DNA of 40,971 nt from NCBI GenBank assembly GCA_030648395.1, contig JAUSHW010000006.1, forward strand, positions 1 to 40,971, given 5' to 3'. The translations under genes and the position numbers were made by a program. Shown piece by piece: positions 18,916 to 28,451 of the stretch; the stretch's first letter is position 1; each line of letters opens with the position of its first letter. Under the pieces are notes generated by a model. That model did not search any database. It saw only the letters and a program-made list of their open reading frames with translations, and was not told where the DNA came from. This DNA is from Nitrospirales bacterium (GTDB lineage: Bacteria > Nitrospirota > Nitrospiria > Nitrospirales > NS-4).

Positions 18916-19812
18916 TCAGGCGAGGATCTCCGTTCCGATGCCCTTGTCCGTAAAGATCTCCAGGAGGATCGCGTGCGGCGTGCGGCCGTCGATCACGTGG
19001 GCCTTCTTGACGCCCCCCTCGAGCGCATTGAGGCAGGCCTGGACCTTGGGCAGCATCCCCTCGCTGATCGTGCCTTTCTTGACCATCCGGGCGATGTCCT
19101 TGCGGGCGAGCGTCGAGACGTGCTTGCCGTCCTCGTCCTTGATGCCGCGCACGTCCGTCAGGACGACGAGCTTTTCTGCTCCCAGCGCCGCGGCAATCGC
19201 GCCGGCGACCAGGTCGGCGTTGATGTTGTAGGTCTGTCCGTCCCTGCCGACGCCCATCGGCGCGATGACAGGGATGGCGTTGGAATCCTGCAGATCCTTT
19301 AAGATGGACGCGTCCACGGCCTGGACGTCGCCGACGAGCCCATAGTCCTCGCCCTCCGCCCAACTGTTAAGGTCCGTCCCGAGTTTCTTCGCCCAGTCGG
19401 CTTTCGTAAAGGGCTTGGCCTGGATGAGCCCCCCGTCCTTGCCGCTCAACCCGACGGCCTTGGCCCCGTGCCGGCTGATCAACGACGCGATCTCCTTGTT
19501 GATGGTGCCGCCGAGGACCATCTCGACGATCTCCATCGTGGCGGCGTCGGTCACGCGGACGCCCTGGCGGAACTTCGGCTCGATCGCCAGCCGCTTCAGC
19601 ATCTGATCGATCTGGGGCCCGCCGCCGTGCACGACGACGGGGTTCAGCCCGACGTACTTCAGGAGCACGACGTCGGTGGCAAAGCCGTCCTTCAGGGACG
19701 GGTCGGTCATCGCCTTCCCGCCGTACTTGATCACGATGGTCTTTCCGGCGAAGGCCCGGATGTAGGGCAGGGCCTCGACCAGCACGTTCGCTTTTTTGAT
19801 CAGCTCGTCCAT
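18916..19812 (-). CDS. argB: Acetylglutamate kinase
   Basis: LPYIRAFAGKTIVIKYGGKAM...VVVHGGGPQI...NINADLVAGAIA. The ATG at 19812 is preceded by GGAG at 6-nt spacing; the ORF track starts at a TTG at 19824. Confidence 0.93.
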   Translation of the reverse strand: MDELIKKANVLVEALPYIRAFAGKTIVIKYGGKAMTDPSLKDGFATDVVLLKYVGLNPVVVHGGGPQIDQMLKRLAIEPKFRQGVRVTDAATMEIVEMVLGGTINKEIASLISRHGAKAVGLSGKDGGLIQAKPFTKADWAKKLGTDLNSWAEGEDYGLVGDVQAVDASILKDLQDSNAIPVIAPMGVGRDGQTYNINADLVAGAIAAALGAEKLVVLTDVRGIKDEDGKHVSTLARKDIARMVKKGTISEGMLPKVQACLNALEGGVKKAHVIDGRTPHAILLEIFTDKGIGTEILA

Positions 19813-19824
19813 ACGTCGCTCCAA

Positions 19825-21228
19825 TTACAAAATATACCGGCTCAGGTCCTGGTCTTTGACGATGTCCCGCAGGCGATCCTTCACGGCCTGCGCGTCGATC
19901 GTCAGCTTCTTCTCGGTCAGTTCCGGCGCCTCGAAGGAGATCTCCTCCAGGAGCCGCTCCATGATCGTGAAGAGCCGGCGCGCGCCGATGTTCTCCGATT
20001 GTTCGTTCACCTGGACGGCGGTCGCCGCGATTTCCTCGGTGCCCTCGCGGGTGAAATCCAGCGTCACGCCTTCCGTCTCCAGCAGGGCCGTGTACTGCTT
20101 GAGCAGGGCGTTCTGTGGCTCCGTCAGGATGCGGATGAAGTCATTCTTCGTCAGCGGCTCCAGCTCGACCCGGATGGGGAACCGCCCTTGCAGCTCCGGA
20201 ATCAAGTCCGACGGCTTGGCCACGTGGAACGCCCCGGCGGCGATGAACAGAATGTGGTCCGTCTTGACCGGCCCGTACTTGGTCGTGATGGTGGAGCCCT
20301 CCACGATCGGCAGCAGGTCCCGCTGGACGCCCTCGCGGGAGACGTCGGGCCCCATCGTCCGCTCGCGCCCGGCGATCTTGTCGATCTCGTCCAGGAAAAT
20401 GATCCCGTTCTGCTCCGTCTTGGCGACGGCCTCCTTCACGACCGCTTCCATGTCGATGAGCTTCTGCGCTTCCTCCTGTACCAACAGCTCCAGCGCTTCC
20501 GGGACCTTCATCAGGCGGCGTTTCTTCTTGCCCGGGAACATGCCGCCCAGCATCTCCTGCAGCTGGTCCTGGATCTGCTCCATGCCGCCGATGTTGGAGA
20601 TCACGCCGATCGGGACCCCGGCCTTGTCCTTCACCTCGATCTCGACCGAACGGGTATCCAGTTTTCCCTCGCGCAGCAGCAGCCGGAACTTGGAACGCGT
20701 GGCCTCGTAGCTCTCGTTCACCGGCGGGGTCGGCGCCTCGTAGCCTGCCTGGTCATAGACGCCCGGCGGCGTCCTGGGCGGAGGCGGCGGGACCAGCAGA
20801 TCGAGCAGGCGCTCCTCGGCCTGGGCCTCGGCCTTCTTCTGGACGCGCCCGGCGTACTCGGTCTTGACCATCGTGACGGCCTGCTCGACCAGATCGCGGA
20901 CCATGGATTCGCAGTCCCGCCCGACGTAGCCCACCTCGGTGAACTTCGAGGCCTCCACCTTGATGAAGGGCGCCTGCGCCAGCTTCGCCAGGCGGCGCGA
21001 GATCTCGGTCTTGCCGACGCCGGTCGGCCCGATCATGATGATGTTCTTCGGCATCACCTCATCGCGCAGCTCCGCGGGCAGCCGCTGGCGCCGCCACCGG
21101 GTGCGCAGCGCGATGGCCACCATGCGCTTCGCGTTGCGCTGGCCGATGACGTAGCGGTCCAGCTCCTCCACGATTTCGCGCGGGGTGAAGCTGTCGAGGC
21201 TCGGCGGGTGTCGCGTGGAGTCGTTCAT
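19825..21228 (-). CDS. hslU: ATP-dependent protease ATPase subunit HslU
   Basis: [33 protein letters not shown] and the Walker A motif [16 protein letters not shown]. Start-stop overlap (ATGA) with hslV. Confidence 0.95.
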   Translation of the reverse strand: MNDSTRHPPSLDSFTPREIVEELDRYVIGQRNAKRMVAIALRTRWRRQRLPAELRDEVMPKNIIMIGPTGVGKTEISRRLAKLAQAPFIKVEASKFTEVGYVGRDCESMVRDLVEQAVTMVKTEYAGRVQKKAEAQAEERLLDLLVPPPPPRTPPGVYDQAGYEAPTPPVNESYEATRSKFRLLLREGKLDTRSVEIEVKDKAGVPIGVISNIGGMEQIQDQLQEMLGGMFPGKKKRRLMKVPEALELLVQEEAQKLIDMEAVVKEAVAKTEQNGIIFLDEIDKIAGRERTMGPDVSREGVQRDLLPIVEGSTITTKYGPVKTDHILFIAAGAFHVAKPSDLIPELQGRFPIRVELEPLTKNDFIRILTEPQNALLKQYTALLETEGVTLDFTREGTEEIAATAVQVNEQSENIGARRLFTIMERLLEEISFEAPELTEKKLTIDAQAVKDRLRDIVKDQDLSRYIL

Positions 21229-21806
21229 CAGCCCTTCAATTCCTCGAGCGTGATTTCCAGGTTCGTATAGATGTCGATGCCGCCGGCGATCTTCATGGAC
21301 TCCTCCACGATGGCCCGGGCGTCGAGCGTCGAGTGCCCGAGCAGCCCGCGCGCGGCCGCCAGGGCATAGGGGCCGCCCGAGCCGATCGCCAGGATGCCGT
21401 CATCCGGCTCGATCACGTCGCCGGTGCCGGAGACGATCAGCGAGTGCTCCTTGTCGGCGACGGCCAGCAGGGCCTCCAGCCGGCGCAGCGCCCGGTCCAT
21501 CCGCCAGTCCTTGGCCAACTCGACGGCCGCCCGGGCAAGGTTGCCGCGGTATTCCTGGAGCTTCGCTTCGAACCGCTCGAACAGCGTGAATGCGTCGGCG
21601 GTGGCGCCGGCGAAGCCCGCCAGCACCGTGTCATTATACATGCGGCGCAGTTTCTTTGCGTTGTGCTTCATGACGGTGGTGCCGAGCGTCACCTGGCCGT
21701 CGGAGCCCATCGCCACGTGCCGGTCCTTCCTCACGCAGAGGATGGTGGTGGAGCGGATGATCATGGCGTCACGGTTCTTCATGAGCCCGCGGGTGCGCTT
21801 TGTCAT
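21228..21806 (-). CDS. hslV: ATP-dependent protease subunit HslV
   Basis: [24 protein letters not shown]...[10 protein letters not shown]...[14 protein letters not shown]. The ATG at 21806 has a GGAGG just upstream. Internal ATGs at 21782 and 21764 are alternatives that would shorten the unusually long pre-Thr extension. Confidence 0.9.
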   Translation of the reverse strand: MTKRTRGLMKNRDAMIIRSTTILCVRKDRHVAMGSDGQVTLGTTVMKHNAKKLRRMYNDTVLAGFAGATADAFTLFERFEAKLQEYRGNLARAAVELAKDWRMDRALRRLEALLAVADKEHSLIVSGTGDVIEPDDGILAIGSGGPYALAAARGLLGHSTLDARAIVEESMKIAGGIDIYTNLEITLEELKG

Positions 21807-22659
21807 AGGCCTCCATCATGCGGTCCAGGGCGACGTGTGTGTAGCGTTGAGTGGTGGACAGGGACGCGTGCCCCAGCATCTCCTGAATGGCGCGCAGGTC
21901 CGCGCCGCCGTCCAGCAGGTGCGTGGCGAAGGAATGCCGCAGCGTGTGGGGCGTCATGGTCGGAAAGTTCGGCAGGGCCCGGCACTGGGCCGTCACGATG
22001 CGCTCCACGCTGCGGGTCGTCAGCCGGCCGCCGCGGCTGTTTCGGAACAGCGGCCCTTCCACCGTCTCTTCTTTGGCCAGATACGCCCGCAACGCGGCGA
22101 CGGCCTTCCCGCCCAGGAGGACCACCCGTTCCTTGCGGCCCTTGCCCAGGACGGTGGCGGTGCCGGCCTCCAGGTCCACGCCCTCGACATTCAAGCCGAC
22201 CAACTCGGCGACCCGGACGCCGGCCGAGTAGAGCACTTCCAGGATCGCCTGATCGCGCGGCGACCGCGGTTGCGCCGTCTCCGGATTGTCCATCAGCCGC
22301 GCCGCGTCGTCGGCGGACAGGACGCGCGGCAGGCGCTGGTCCTTCTTCGGTGTGACGACCGTGGCCGCGGGACTCTGTTCGACGAGCCCTTCCCGCCCGA
22401 GATACTTGAAGAGGCTCCGGACGGTCGCCAGCTTGCGCCCGATGGAGCTTTTGGCATCCCCTAGGCCCGCCCGCGCGGCCAGGAAGCTCCGCACTGCATA
22501 GGCGTCGACGGTCTCCGGCGCGGGGAGCGCCCCGTCGTGCGCGATCCGGAGGAACGCCAGGAACTGGCGCAGGTCCGCGTCGTAATTGCGGAGCGTGTGC
22601 GGGGAGGCGTCCCGTTCCACCGTGAGGTATGTCAGGAAAGACCGGACTGCTGCATCCAT
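21769..22659 (-). CDS. xerC: Tyrosine site-specific recombinase XerC/XerD family
   Basis: N-terminal [27 protein letters not shown]. The catalytic region has ...R...[12 protein letters not shown]...[14 protein letters not shown]. The position upstream of hslVU matches the codV/xerC arrangement. Confidence 0.9.
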   Translation of the reverse strand: MDAAVRSFLTYLTVERDASPHTLRNYDADLRQFLAFLRIAHDGALPAPETVDAYAVRSFLAARAGLGDAKSSIGRKLATVRSLFKYLGREGLVEQSPAATVVTPKKDQRLPRVLSADDAARLMDNPETAQPRSPRDQAILEVLYSAGVRVAELVGLNVEGVDLEAGTATVLGKGRKERVVLLGGKAVAALRAYLAKEETVEGPLFRNSRGGRLTTRSVERIVTAQCRALPNFPTMTPHTLRHSFATHLLDGGADLRAIQEMLGHASLSTTQRYTHVALDRMMEAYDKAHPRAHEEP

Positions 22660-23945
22660 GCGGCGAAGTCCTCCAGGGCGCGCTGCCCGATCCGGCGCTG
22701 CCGCTCCTGCTTGTCGCGGACACGGGAGGGGAGCGGAGGGAACAGGCCGTAATTGGTGTTCATCGGCTGGAAGTGCCGCGGGTCGCTGGTCGTCAGGTAC
22801 TTGAGCAGCGCGCCGTGCGCCGTCGTGTCGGGGGGAACGACGAGATCCTTCCCCTGGAGTCCCCGCGCGGCGTTGAGGCCCGCCAGCCCGCCGGTGGCGG
22901 CGGCCTCGGTGTAGCCTTCGACGCCGGTCAGCTGGCCGGCCAGAAAAATCCGCCCGTTGCTTTTCAATTGCAGGGTGTCTCGCAGCAGGGTCGGCGCGTT
23001 GACGAAGGTGTTCCGGTGCACGCTGCCGTAGCGCAGGAACTCGGCGTGTTGCAGGCCGGGGATCATCCGCAGGACGCGCTTCTGCGCGCCGTAGGTCAGC
23101 TTGGTCTGGAACCCGACCAGGTTGTAGCAGGTGCCGTGCCGGTTCTCCATGCGCAGCTGCACCACCGCATAGGGCCGCGCGTTGGTTTTCGGATCCACCA
23201 GCCCCACCGGCTTCAGCGGCCCGAACATCATGGTGTCCCGGCCGCGCTCGGCCATGACCTCGATCGGAATGCAGCCTTCGAAGTAGGGGACCTTCTCGAA
23301 GTCCTTGGGGACCACCTTCTCGGCCTCCAGCAGGGCCTTGTAAAACGCGTCGTACTCGGCCTCGGTCATCGGGCAGTTGAGATAGTCGGATCCCTTATCG
23401 TAGCGCGACGCCCGGAAGACGACGCTCATGTCGATGCTGTCGGCATCCACGATCGGCGAGATCGCGTCGAAGAAATACAGGTTTTTGGCATGCGTCAGGT
23501 TCTTGATGTGCTCGGCCAGCGCGTCGGTGGTCAGCGGGCCCGTGGATACGATCGCCGCGCAGTCGGGCGGGATCTCCGACACCGGCTCGTGCAGGATGCG
23601 GACGTTGGGGTGGCCTTCCAGTTGCTGCGTGACCTGCTGCGCGAAGAGGTCGCGGTCCACGGCCAGGGCCGCGCCGGCCGGCACCCGCACTGCATCCGCC
23701 GTGTTGATGATGAGGGAGCCCAGTCGGCGCATCTCTTCCTTGAGAATGCCGGGGGCGCTCTGGATTTCGGTGGAGCCGAGGGAGTTGGAGCAGACCAGCT
23801 CGGCCAGGTGGCCGGTCTTGTGGGCGGCCGTCTGCTCCTTGGGGCGCATCTCGTAAAGGGTGACTCTGGCGCCCTGGTTTGCGGCCTGCCAGGCGGCTTC
23901 GGAGCCGGCCAGGCCCCCGCCGATGATGACGATATCCTCCCGCAT
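22632..23945 (-). CDS. trmFO: Methylenetetrahydrofolate--tRNA-(uracil54-C5)-methyltransferase TrmFO (Gid)
   Basis: [18 protein letters not shown]...[11 protein letters not shown]... About 437 aa. Classic position between topA and xerC. Confidence 0.93.
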   Translation of the reverse strand: MREDIVIIGGGLAGSEAAWQAANQGARVTLYEMRPKEQTAAHKTGHLAELVCSNSLGSTEIQSAPGILKEEMRRLGSLIINTADAVRVPAGAALAVDRDLFAQQVTQQLEGHPNVRILHEPVSEIPPDCAAIVSTGPLTTDALAEHIKNLTHAKNLYFFDAISPIVDADSIDMSVVFRASRYDKGSDYLNCPMTEAEYDAFYKALLEAEKVVPKDFEKVPYFEGCIPIEVMAERGRDTMMFGPLKPVGLVDPKTNARPYAVVQLRMENRHGTCYNLVGFQTKLTYGAQKRVLRMIPGLQHAEFLRYGSVHRNTFVNAPTLLRDTLQLKSNGRIFLAGQLTGVEGYTEAAATGGLAGLNAARGLQGKDLVVPPDTTAHGALLKYLTTSDPRHFQPMNTNYGLFPPLPSRVRDKQERQRRIGQRALEDFAAWMQQSGLS

Positions 23946-23982
23946 GACGGCCTTCCCTCAGGTAGACCGTGATCTTAACACA

Positions 23983-26307
23983 CTACTCTTTATAGCCGCA
24001 CTCCTCGCTGCGGCAGACGACGGAGGTGCCGGCTCCCTTGGAGTACTTTTCGACGAGAAAGGGGGCGTGGCACTGGGGGCAGGGTTTCGGCACGGGGCGG
24101 TCCCAGAGGGCGAACTCGCACTTCGGGTAATTCGCGCAGGCGTAGAACGTGCGGCCCTTCTTGCTGCGCTTCTGCGTGAGATCGCCGCCGTCCTGCGGGC
24201 ACTTGACACCGAGGGGAATCGGCTTGGTGGTTTTGCACTCGGGGTAGGCCGAGCAGGCGATGAACTTGCCGAACCGGCCGATCTTGATCACCATCGGCGA
24301 GCCGCACTTCTCGCACTTTTCGTCGGTCGTCGGATCCTCCTTCGCGACGATCTTGATGGTGCCGTCGGGCAGCTTCTCGAAGTTCTGGGTGTTCTTGCAG
24401 GGCGGATCGTCCTTGTAGCCCGGGCAGGCGAGGAACTTTCCGTTGCGGCCCCACTTGATCTCCATCATCCGCCCGCATTTCTCGCAGGGGACGTTCGTCG
24501 GGGGCTCCACCGTGTCCTTGGGACCGGGAATGTCCTTGGCCTTGTCCATGTCCTTGCTGAACGGGACGTAGAAGTCGCGCACTGCATCGACCCAGGCCTT
24601 CGCGCCGTCCTCGACCTCGTCGAGCTCGTTTTCCATCCGCGAGGTGAAATCCACGTCGAGGATATCGGGGAAGCCCTTGACCAGGAAGTCGTTGACGGTA
24701 AGGCCGGTCTCGGTGGGCGCGAACCGCCCTTCGAGTTTGTCGACATATTTGCGCTCCTGGATCGTCGAACAGATGCTGGCGTAGGTGGAGGGCCGGCCGA
24801 TGCCCTTTTCCTCGAGCTCGCGGATGAGCAGGGCCTCGTTGTACCGGGGCGGCGGCTGGGTGAAGTGCTGCTTGGGCGCCAGGCCGGCGGCCGGTTGCCC
24901 TTCCTGTGCGACCAGCCGCAGGCGCTCGCCTTCGGCTAGGGCCGGCAGCTGCCGCTCCGCTTCCTCTTCGGTCTCCTGGTCCGCCTTGCGGCTCTGCTCG
25001 TGCAACTCCGCGTCCCTGCCCTCCAGATAGACCGCCGTATGGCCGGGGAACTTCACGACCGTCCCGTTGGCGCGGAACACGTACGTGTCCGGCGTCTGTT
25101 GGGGCACGCAATCCACGCGGGTGACTTCCAGGATGGCCGGCATCATCTGGGAGGCGATGAAGCGGTTCCAGATCAGCTTGTAGACCTGGTAGTGGTCCCG
25201 CTCGAGGTACTGCTTGATGGATTCAGGGTCCCGGTGAGCCGACGTCGGCCGGATGGCCTCGTGGGCCTCCTGGGCGGCCTTCTGGGTCTTGTACACGTTC
25301 GGGGTTTTGGGCAGGTACTCGGCGCCGAACCGCTCGCGGATCAATTCCCGGGCCTCCTCGGCGGCCTCCTTTGAGATCCGTGTGCTATCGGTTCGCATGT
25401 AGGTGATCAGACCAACCGGCCCTTCCTTGCCGATCTCCATGCCCTCGTACAGCTGCTGGGCCAGCATCATCGTTTTCTTGGGCGTGAAGCGCAGCTTGCG
25501 CGCGGCTTCCTGCTGGAGCCGGCTGGTGATGAACGGCGCGACGGGGTTGCGCTTCTTCTCCTTGCGCTCGATGGAGCGGACGGTGAAGTCTTTGCCATTG
25601 ACGGCGGCGACGATGCGCTCGGCTTCCGGGGCGGCCGAGATGACGGCGTCCTGGCCGTTGACGCTGTGGAGCTTGGCCTCGAAGGGCGGCGGGTTCTTTC
25701 CCGCCAGCGTTGCCGTGATGGACCAGTACTCTTCCGAGCGGAAGGCCTCGCGCTCGCGCTCGCGGTCGCAGATCAGCTTCACGGCCACCGACTGCACGCG
25801 GCCCATGCTCAAGCCGCGCCGGACTTTCTTCCACAGGAGCTGGCTCCCCTGGTAGCCGACGATGCGGTCCAGCACGCGGCGGGCCTGCTGCGCGTTGACC
25901 CGGTTCATGTCCACCTGGCCGGGGGACTGGAGGGCGCGCTTGATGGCCGATTCCGTGATCTCGTTGAACAGAACCCGGAAGACCTTGCGGTCTTTGCTCT
26001 TGGCCTTGCCGTCGATTTCCATGGCGAGGTGCCAGGCGATGGCCTCCCCCTCGCGGTCCGGGTCGGGGGCGAGGTACACCTTGTCGGCTTCCTTCGCCTT
26101 CTTCTTGATGTCGGCGAGGATCTGGGTCTTGCCCTTGATGGTGACGTACTGCGGCTCGAAGTCGTGCTCGAGGTCCACGCCCAGCTTGCTGGTGGGCAAG
26201 TCCTTCACGTGGCCGACCGAGGCCATGACGGTATACTTGCCTTTCAGATATTTGGTAATGGTCCGGGCCTTGGCGGGCGACTCGACGATGATGAGTGATT
26301 TGGCCAT
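23983..26307 (-). CDS. topA: DNA topoisomerase I
   Basis: Toprim N-terminus LIIVESPAKARTITKYL. Active-site region GLITYMRTDS. The C-terminus has several CxxC...CxxC zinc-ribbon repeats. Confidence 0.95.
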   Translation of the reverse strand: MAKSLIIVESPAKARTITKYLKGKYTVMASVGHVKDLPTSKLGVDLEHDFEPQYVTIKGKTQILADIKKKAKEADKVYLAPDPDREGEAIAWHLAMEIDGKAKSKDRKVFRVLFNEITESAIKRALQSPGQVDMNRVNAQQARRVLDRIVGYQGSQLLWKKVRRGLSMGRVQSVAVKLICDREREREAFRSEEYWSITATLAGKNPPPFEAKLHSVNGQDAVISAAPEAERIVAAVNGKDFTVRSIERKEKKRNPVAPFITSRLQQEAARKLRFTPKKTMMLAQQLYEGMEIGKEGPVGLITYMRTDSTRISKEAAEEARELIRERFGAEYLPKTPNVYKTQKAAQEAHEAIRPTSAHRDPESIKQYLERDHYQVYKLIWNRFIASQMMPAILEVTRVDCVPQQTPDTYVFRANGTVVKFPGHTAVYLEGRDAELHEQSRKADQETEEEAERQLPALAEGERLRLVAQEGQPAAGLAPKQHFTQPPPRYNEALLIRELEEKGIGRPSTYASICSTIQERKYVDKLEGRFAPTETGLTVNDFLVKGFPDILDVDFTSRMENELDEVEDGAKAWVDAVRDFYVPFSKDMDKAKDIPGPKDTVEPPTNVPCEKCGRMMEIKWGRNGKFLACPGYKDDPPCKNTQNFEKLPDGTIKIVAKEDPTTDEKCEKCGSPMVIKIGRFGKFIACSAYPECKTTKPIPLGVKCPQDGGDLTQKRSKKGRTFYACANYPKCEFALWDRPVPKPCPQCHAPFLVEKYSKGAGTSVVCRSEECGYKE

Positions 26308-26336
26308 GTATCTCCGTTAATCGTGAAACGTTAGTC

Positions 26337-27248
26337 TCATCTTACCCGATAGTACCGCTGGCCCGGCAACTGGCGCACGACGCCTTTCAGTTCCAGGCCA
26401 AGGAGAATGCCAGCGATGCCGCCCGGCGTCAAGCCGCTTCGCCCCGTGAGGTCGTCGAGGTGCAGCGGATCGCGGCTCATGACGGCGAGCACGACCTGCT
26501 CCACTTCAGAGAGACCTGTGAGATCTGAAAACTTCCCCTCACCCCTTCGGGGAGAGGGCAGGGTGAGGGGCAATTCCAATTGTGGCAGCAATTCCTCAAT
26601 GATGTCGTCGACCGTCTCCGCCAGTTTGGCGCCCTGCTTGATCAGGCCGTGCGGGCCGCGGCTCAACGGCGCGTCAATCGAACCGGGCACCGCGAACACC
26701 TCGCGGCCTTGCTCCAGCGCGAGGCGGGCCGTGATCAGCGAGCCGCTGCCCTCGGCCGCTTCGACCACCACGACGCCCAGCGACAGGCCGCTGATGATCC
26801 GGTTGCGCTGGGGGAAATGCGAGGGCTTCGGCGGCGTCCCCGCGGGGAACTCCGTGAGGACGGCGCCGCATTGTGCGATTTCTTCCCGCAGGCGGCCGTG
26901 CTCAGGCGGATAGGTGATGTCCAGGCCGCACCCCAGCACGGCGATCGTCCGTCCGCCGGCGTCCAGCGCCGCGCGATGGGCGGCGGCGTCGATGCCGCGC
27001 GCCAATCCGCTGACGATGGTGAAGCCCGCTCCGCTCAGTTCGCGTGCGAGGGTCTCAGTCACCCGGAGCCCGTACGGCGTTGCCTGCCGGGCGCCGACGA
27101 TCGCGACCGCCTGCCGGTCTCTCGGCTCGATCCGGCCGTCGCAGTAGAGGACGGCCGGCGGGCTGGGGATCGCGCGCAGCCAGGCCGGGTAGCCGTCGTC
27201 CGCGAGGGCGAGGGGTTTTTCCTGAGCTGTCATGACGCTCGGTTTCAT
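26337..27248 (-). CDS. dprA: DNA-processing protein DprA (Smf), short form without the N-terminal SAM-like domain
   Basis: YPAWLRAIPSPPAVLYCDG...AIVGARQATPYG...SGLARGIDAAAHRAAL...VVVEAAEGSGSLITA. The C-terminus is a winged-helix (DML1-like). The linker contains the palindromic insert at 26535-26570. Confidence 0.88.
   Translation of the reverse strand: MKPSVMTAQEKPLALADDGYPAWLRAIPSPPAVLYCDGRIEPRDRQAVAIVGARQATPYGLRVTETLARELSGAGFTIVSGLARGIDAAAHRAALDAGGRTIAVLGCGLDITYPPEHGRLREEIAQCGAVLTEFPAGTPPKPSHFPQRNRIISGLSLGVVVVEAAEGSGSLITARLALEQGREVFAVPGSIDAPLSRGPHGLIKQGAKLAETVDDIIEELLPQLELPLTLPSPRRGEGKFSDLTGLSEVEQVVLAVMSRDPLHLDDLTGRSGLTPGGIAGILLGLELKGVVRQLPGQRYYRVR
26535..26570. repeat. Nested palindromic (REP/MITE-like) element inserted in frame in the dprA linker
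   Basis: cccctcaccc (26535-26544) and gggtgagggg (26561-26570) are perfect 10-nt inverted repeats. An inner ccccttcgggg hairpin lies between them. The element translates as ...TLPSPRRGEGKF... within DprA. Confidence 0.6.
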
Positions 27249-27364
27249 GTGTCCTGCCTGGTCCTGGGTCTGGTGCCGGGATGTGCAGACGTTACGTCTT
27301 CACCATAGCCAACGATTCAGCGTCTCGTCAAGTACGGTACTCTGTCTCCCAATCATGGTGTGCC

Positions 27365-27892
27365 CTACAGGCAGCCTTCGATGTACCGCACTGACGAAAG
27401 CTTGCCAGACCTGAAACTTGTAATCTTCCCATGGTCTGTTTCGTAGATGAATGCATATCCCGGCTTCGTTTCGACAATGAGATATTTTCCTTCAGCCCCG
27501 ATATAGGGATGGATTTCTTCCTTAACTTTTTTTGGAAAGGCGCGTTTGGCGGCTTCTTCCAAATCGCCGATCCGGATCCCGCCAGTTGATGGAATTGCTT
27601 TGGAGTCTACATCGATGCGAGTAATTCGACCGTCTTCGACCATAAAGCTGATGTCGTTGGAATTGCTGTTGGGGAAGACGTAATGACAGGATTCCTCGTC
27701 TTTGTCTAACTTCGCCGGCGGGGCAAGCCCCACTCCGAGTTTGGCAGAAGCAACCGTAGGCGTCATTCCAACAATTACTGGGCCGTACCTGTCCACCTGC
27801 AACTGAAACTTCAGAAAATTTGTTTTCGTTTCAGCTATAGCATAACTGGCGCAGAAGACTGTTGCGAGCACTAGCGAGATAAATTTTCGCAT
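27365..27892 (-). CDS. Secreted hypothetical protein
   Basis: The ATG at 27892 gives MRKFISLVLATVFCASYAIAETK, a signal peptide. AT-rich codon usage, unlike the neighbouring genes. No motif recognised. Confidence 0.55.
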   Translation of the reverse strand: MRKFISLVLATVFCASYAIAETKTNFLKFQLQVDRYGPVIVGMTPTVASAKLGVGLAPPAKLDKDEESCHYVFPNSNSNDISFMVEDGRITRIDVDSKAIPSTGGIRIGDLEEAAKRAFPKKVKEEIHPYIGAEGKYLIVETKPGYAFIYETDHGKITSFRSGKLSSVRYIEGCL

Positions 27893-27940
27893 TTGAACCA
27901 AAAGATCACTCTACAGATCGAGTCTGACGCCATTTTCTCT

Positions 27941-28408
27941 TCAATGGTTATCGAAGTCGTTAAACTTCGCCCCGGAGACAAAAGCTGCGTAAATCTCTAA
28001 CACTGCTTGCCGTAGAGGGTCCGCCTCTTCAATCGCTTTGACATCCATTCTCTTGATGCGGGCACGTGCTTTGTCAAATGCCACCGCAAAATCGGGGTCG
28101 TTCTTCAGAAGATCCTCGCGCGATCCTTTGGTTTGATAGGTCGCTCGGAGCTTGTCTGTTTCATGCCGCGCTAAGAGAAATGCTAATGTTGCTTGGTTGT
28201 GTGACCTGCGAGTGTGATTCTGTAGTCGAGTTCGAATGTCATTCGTCCGCCCCACATACAGCGGTCTTTCTCCTTCGTGCAGCACATAGATTCCTGGCTT
28301 CTCGCGCCAACGCATCGGGACGGCTCCGCAGGGAAACGCATTGGACTTCGTCAATTTGTCGTATTTAGTTTCGACATCTGCGATGATCTGGCGGAATTCT
28401 GTTTTCAT
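27941..28408 (-). CDS. GIY-YIG nuclease-superfamily protein
   Basis: PGIYVLHEGERPLYVGRTNDIRTRLQNH contains the GIY ... YVG ... R ... N core of the GIY-YIG domain. 155 aa with a helical C-terminus. Low GC. Confidence 0.7.
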   Translation of the reverse strand: MKTEFRQIIADVETKYDKLTKSNAFPCGAVPMRWREKPGIYVLHEGERPLYVGRTNDIRTRLQNHTRRSHNQATLAFLLARHETDKLRATYQTKGSREDLLKNDPDFAVAFDKARARIKRMDVKAIEEADPLRQAVLEIYAAFVSGAKFNDFDNH

Positions 28409-28451
28409 TTCGTCGGCGTATTTCTATTAGCCAATCAGCCGACCACTATTC

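Larger units (their letters stand above)
27249..28451. other. Low-GC islet between dprA and rng (likely horizontally acquired)
   Basis: Hand counts of 60-nt lines inside the islet give 26-29 G+C of 60 (lines starting 27781, 27841, 27901, 28141). Flanking lines give 46/60 (27121) and 41/60 (28501). The islet holds two minus-strand genes. Confidence 0.5.

Noticed and set aside
19468-21270. 600-aa ORF on the + strand covering argB/hslU, and similar giants: 1649..2995(-), 4332..5405(-), 5536..6537(-), 9786..11069(+), 11722..13230(-), 22629..23972(+), 23860..24939(+), 28482..30017(+), 37591..38880(+), 38633..40204(+)
   Set aside because: All lie antisense to, or out of frame with, genes that have unmistakable family motifs. 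Their translations are Arg/Gly/Pro/Leu/Asp-rich low-complexity strings with no motifs. This is the usual stop-codon-poor shadow frame of high-GC DNA.
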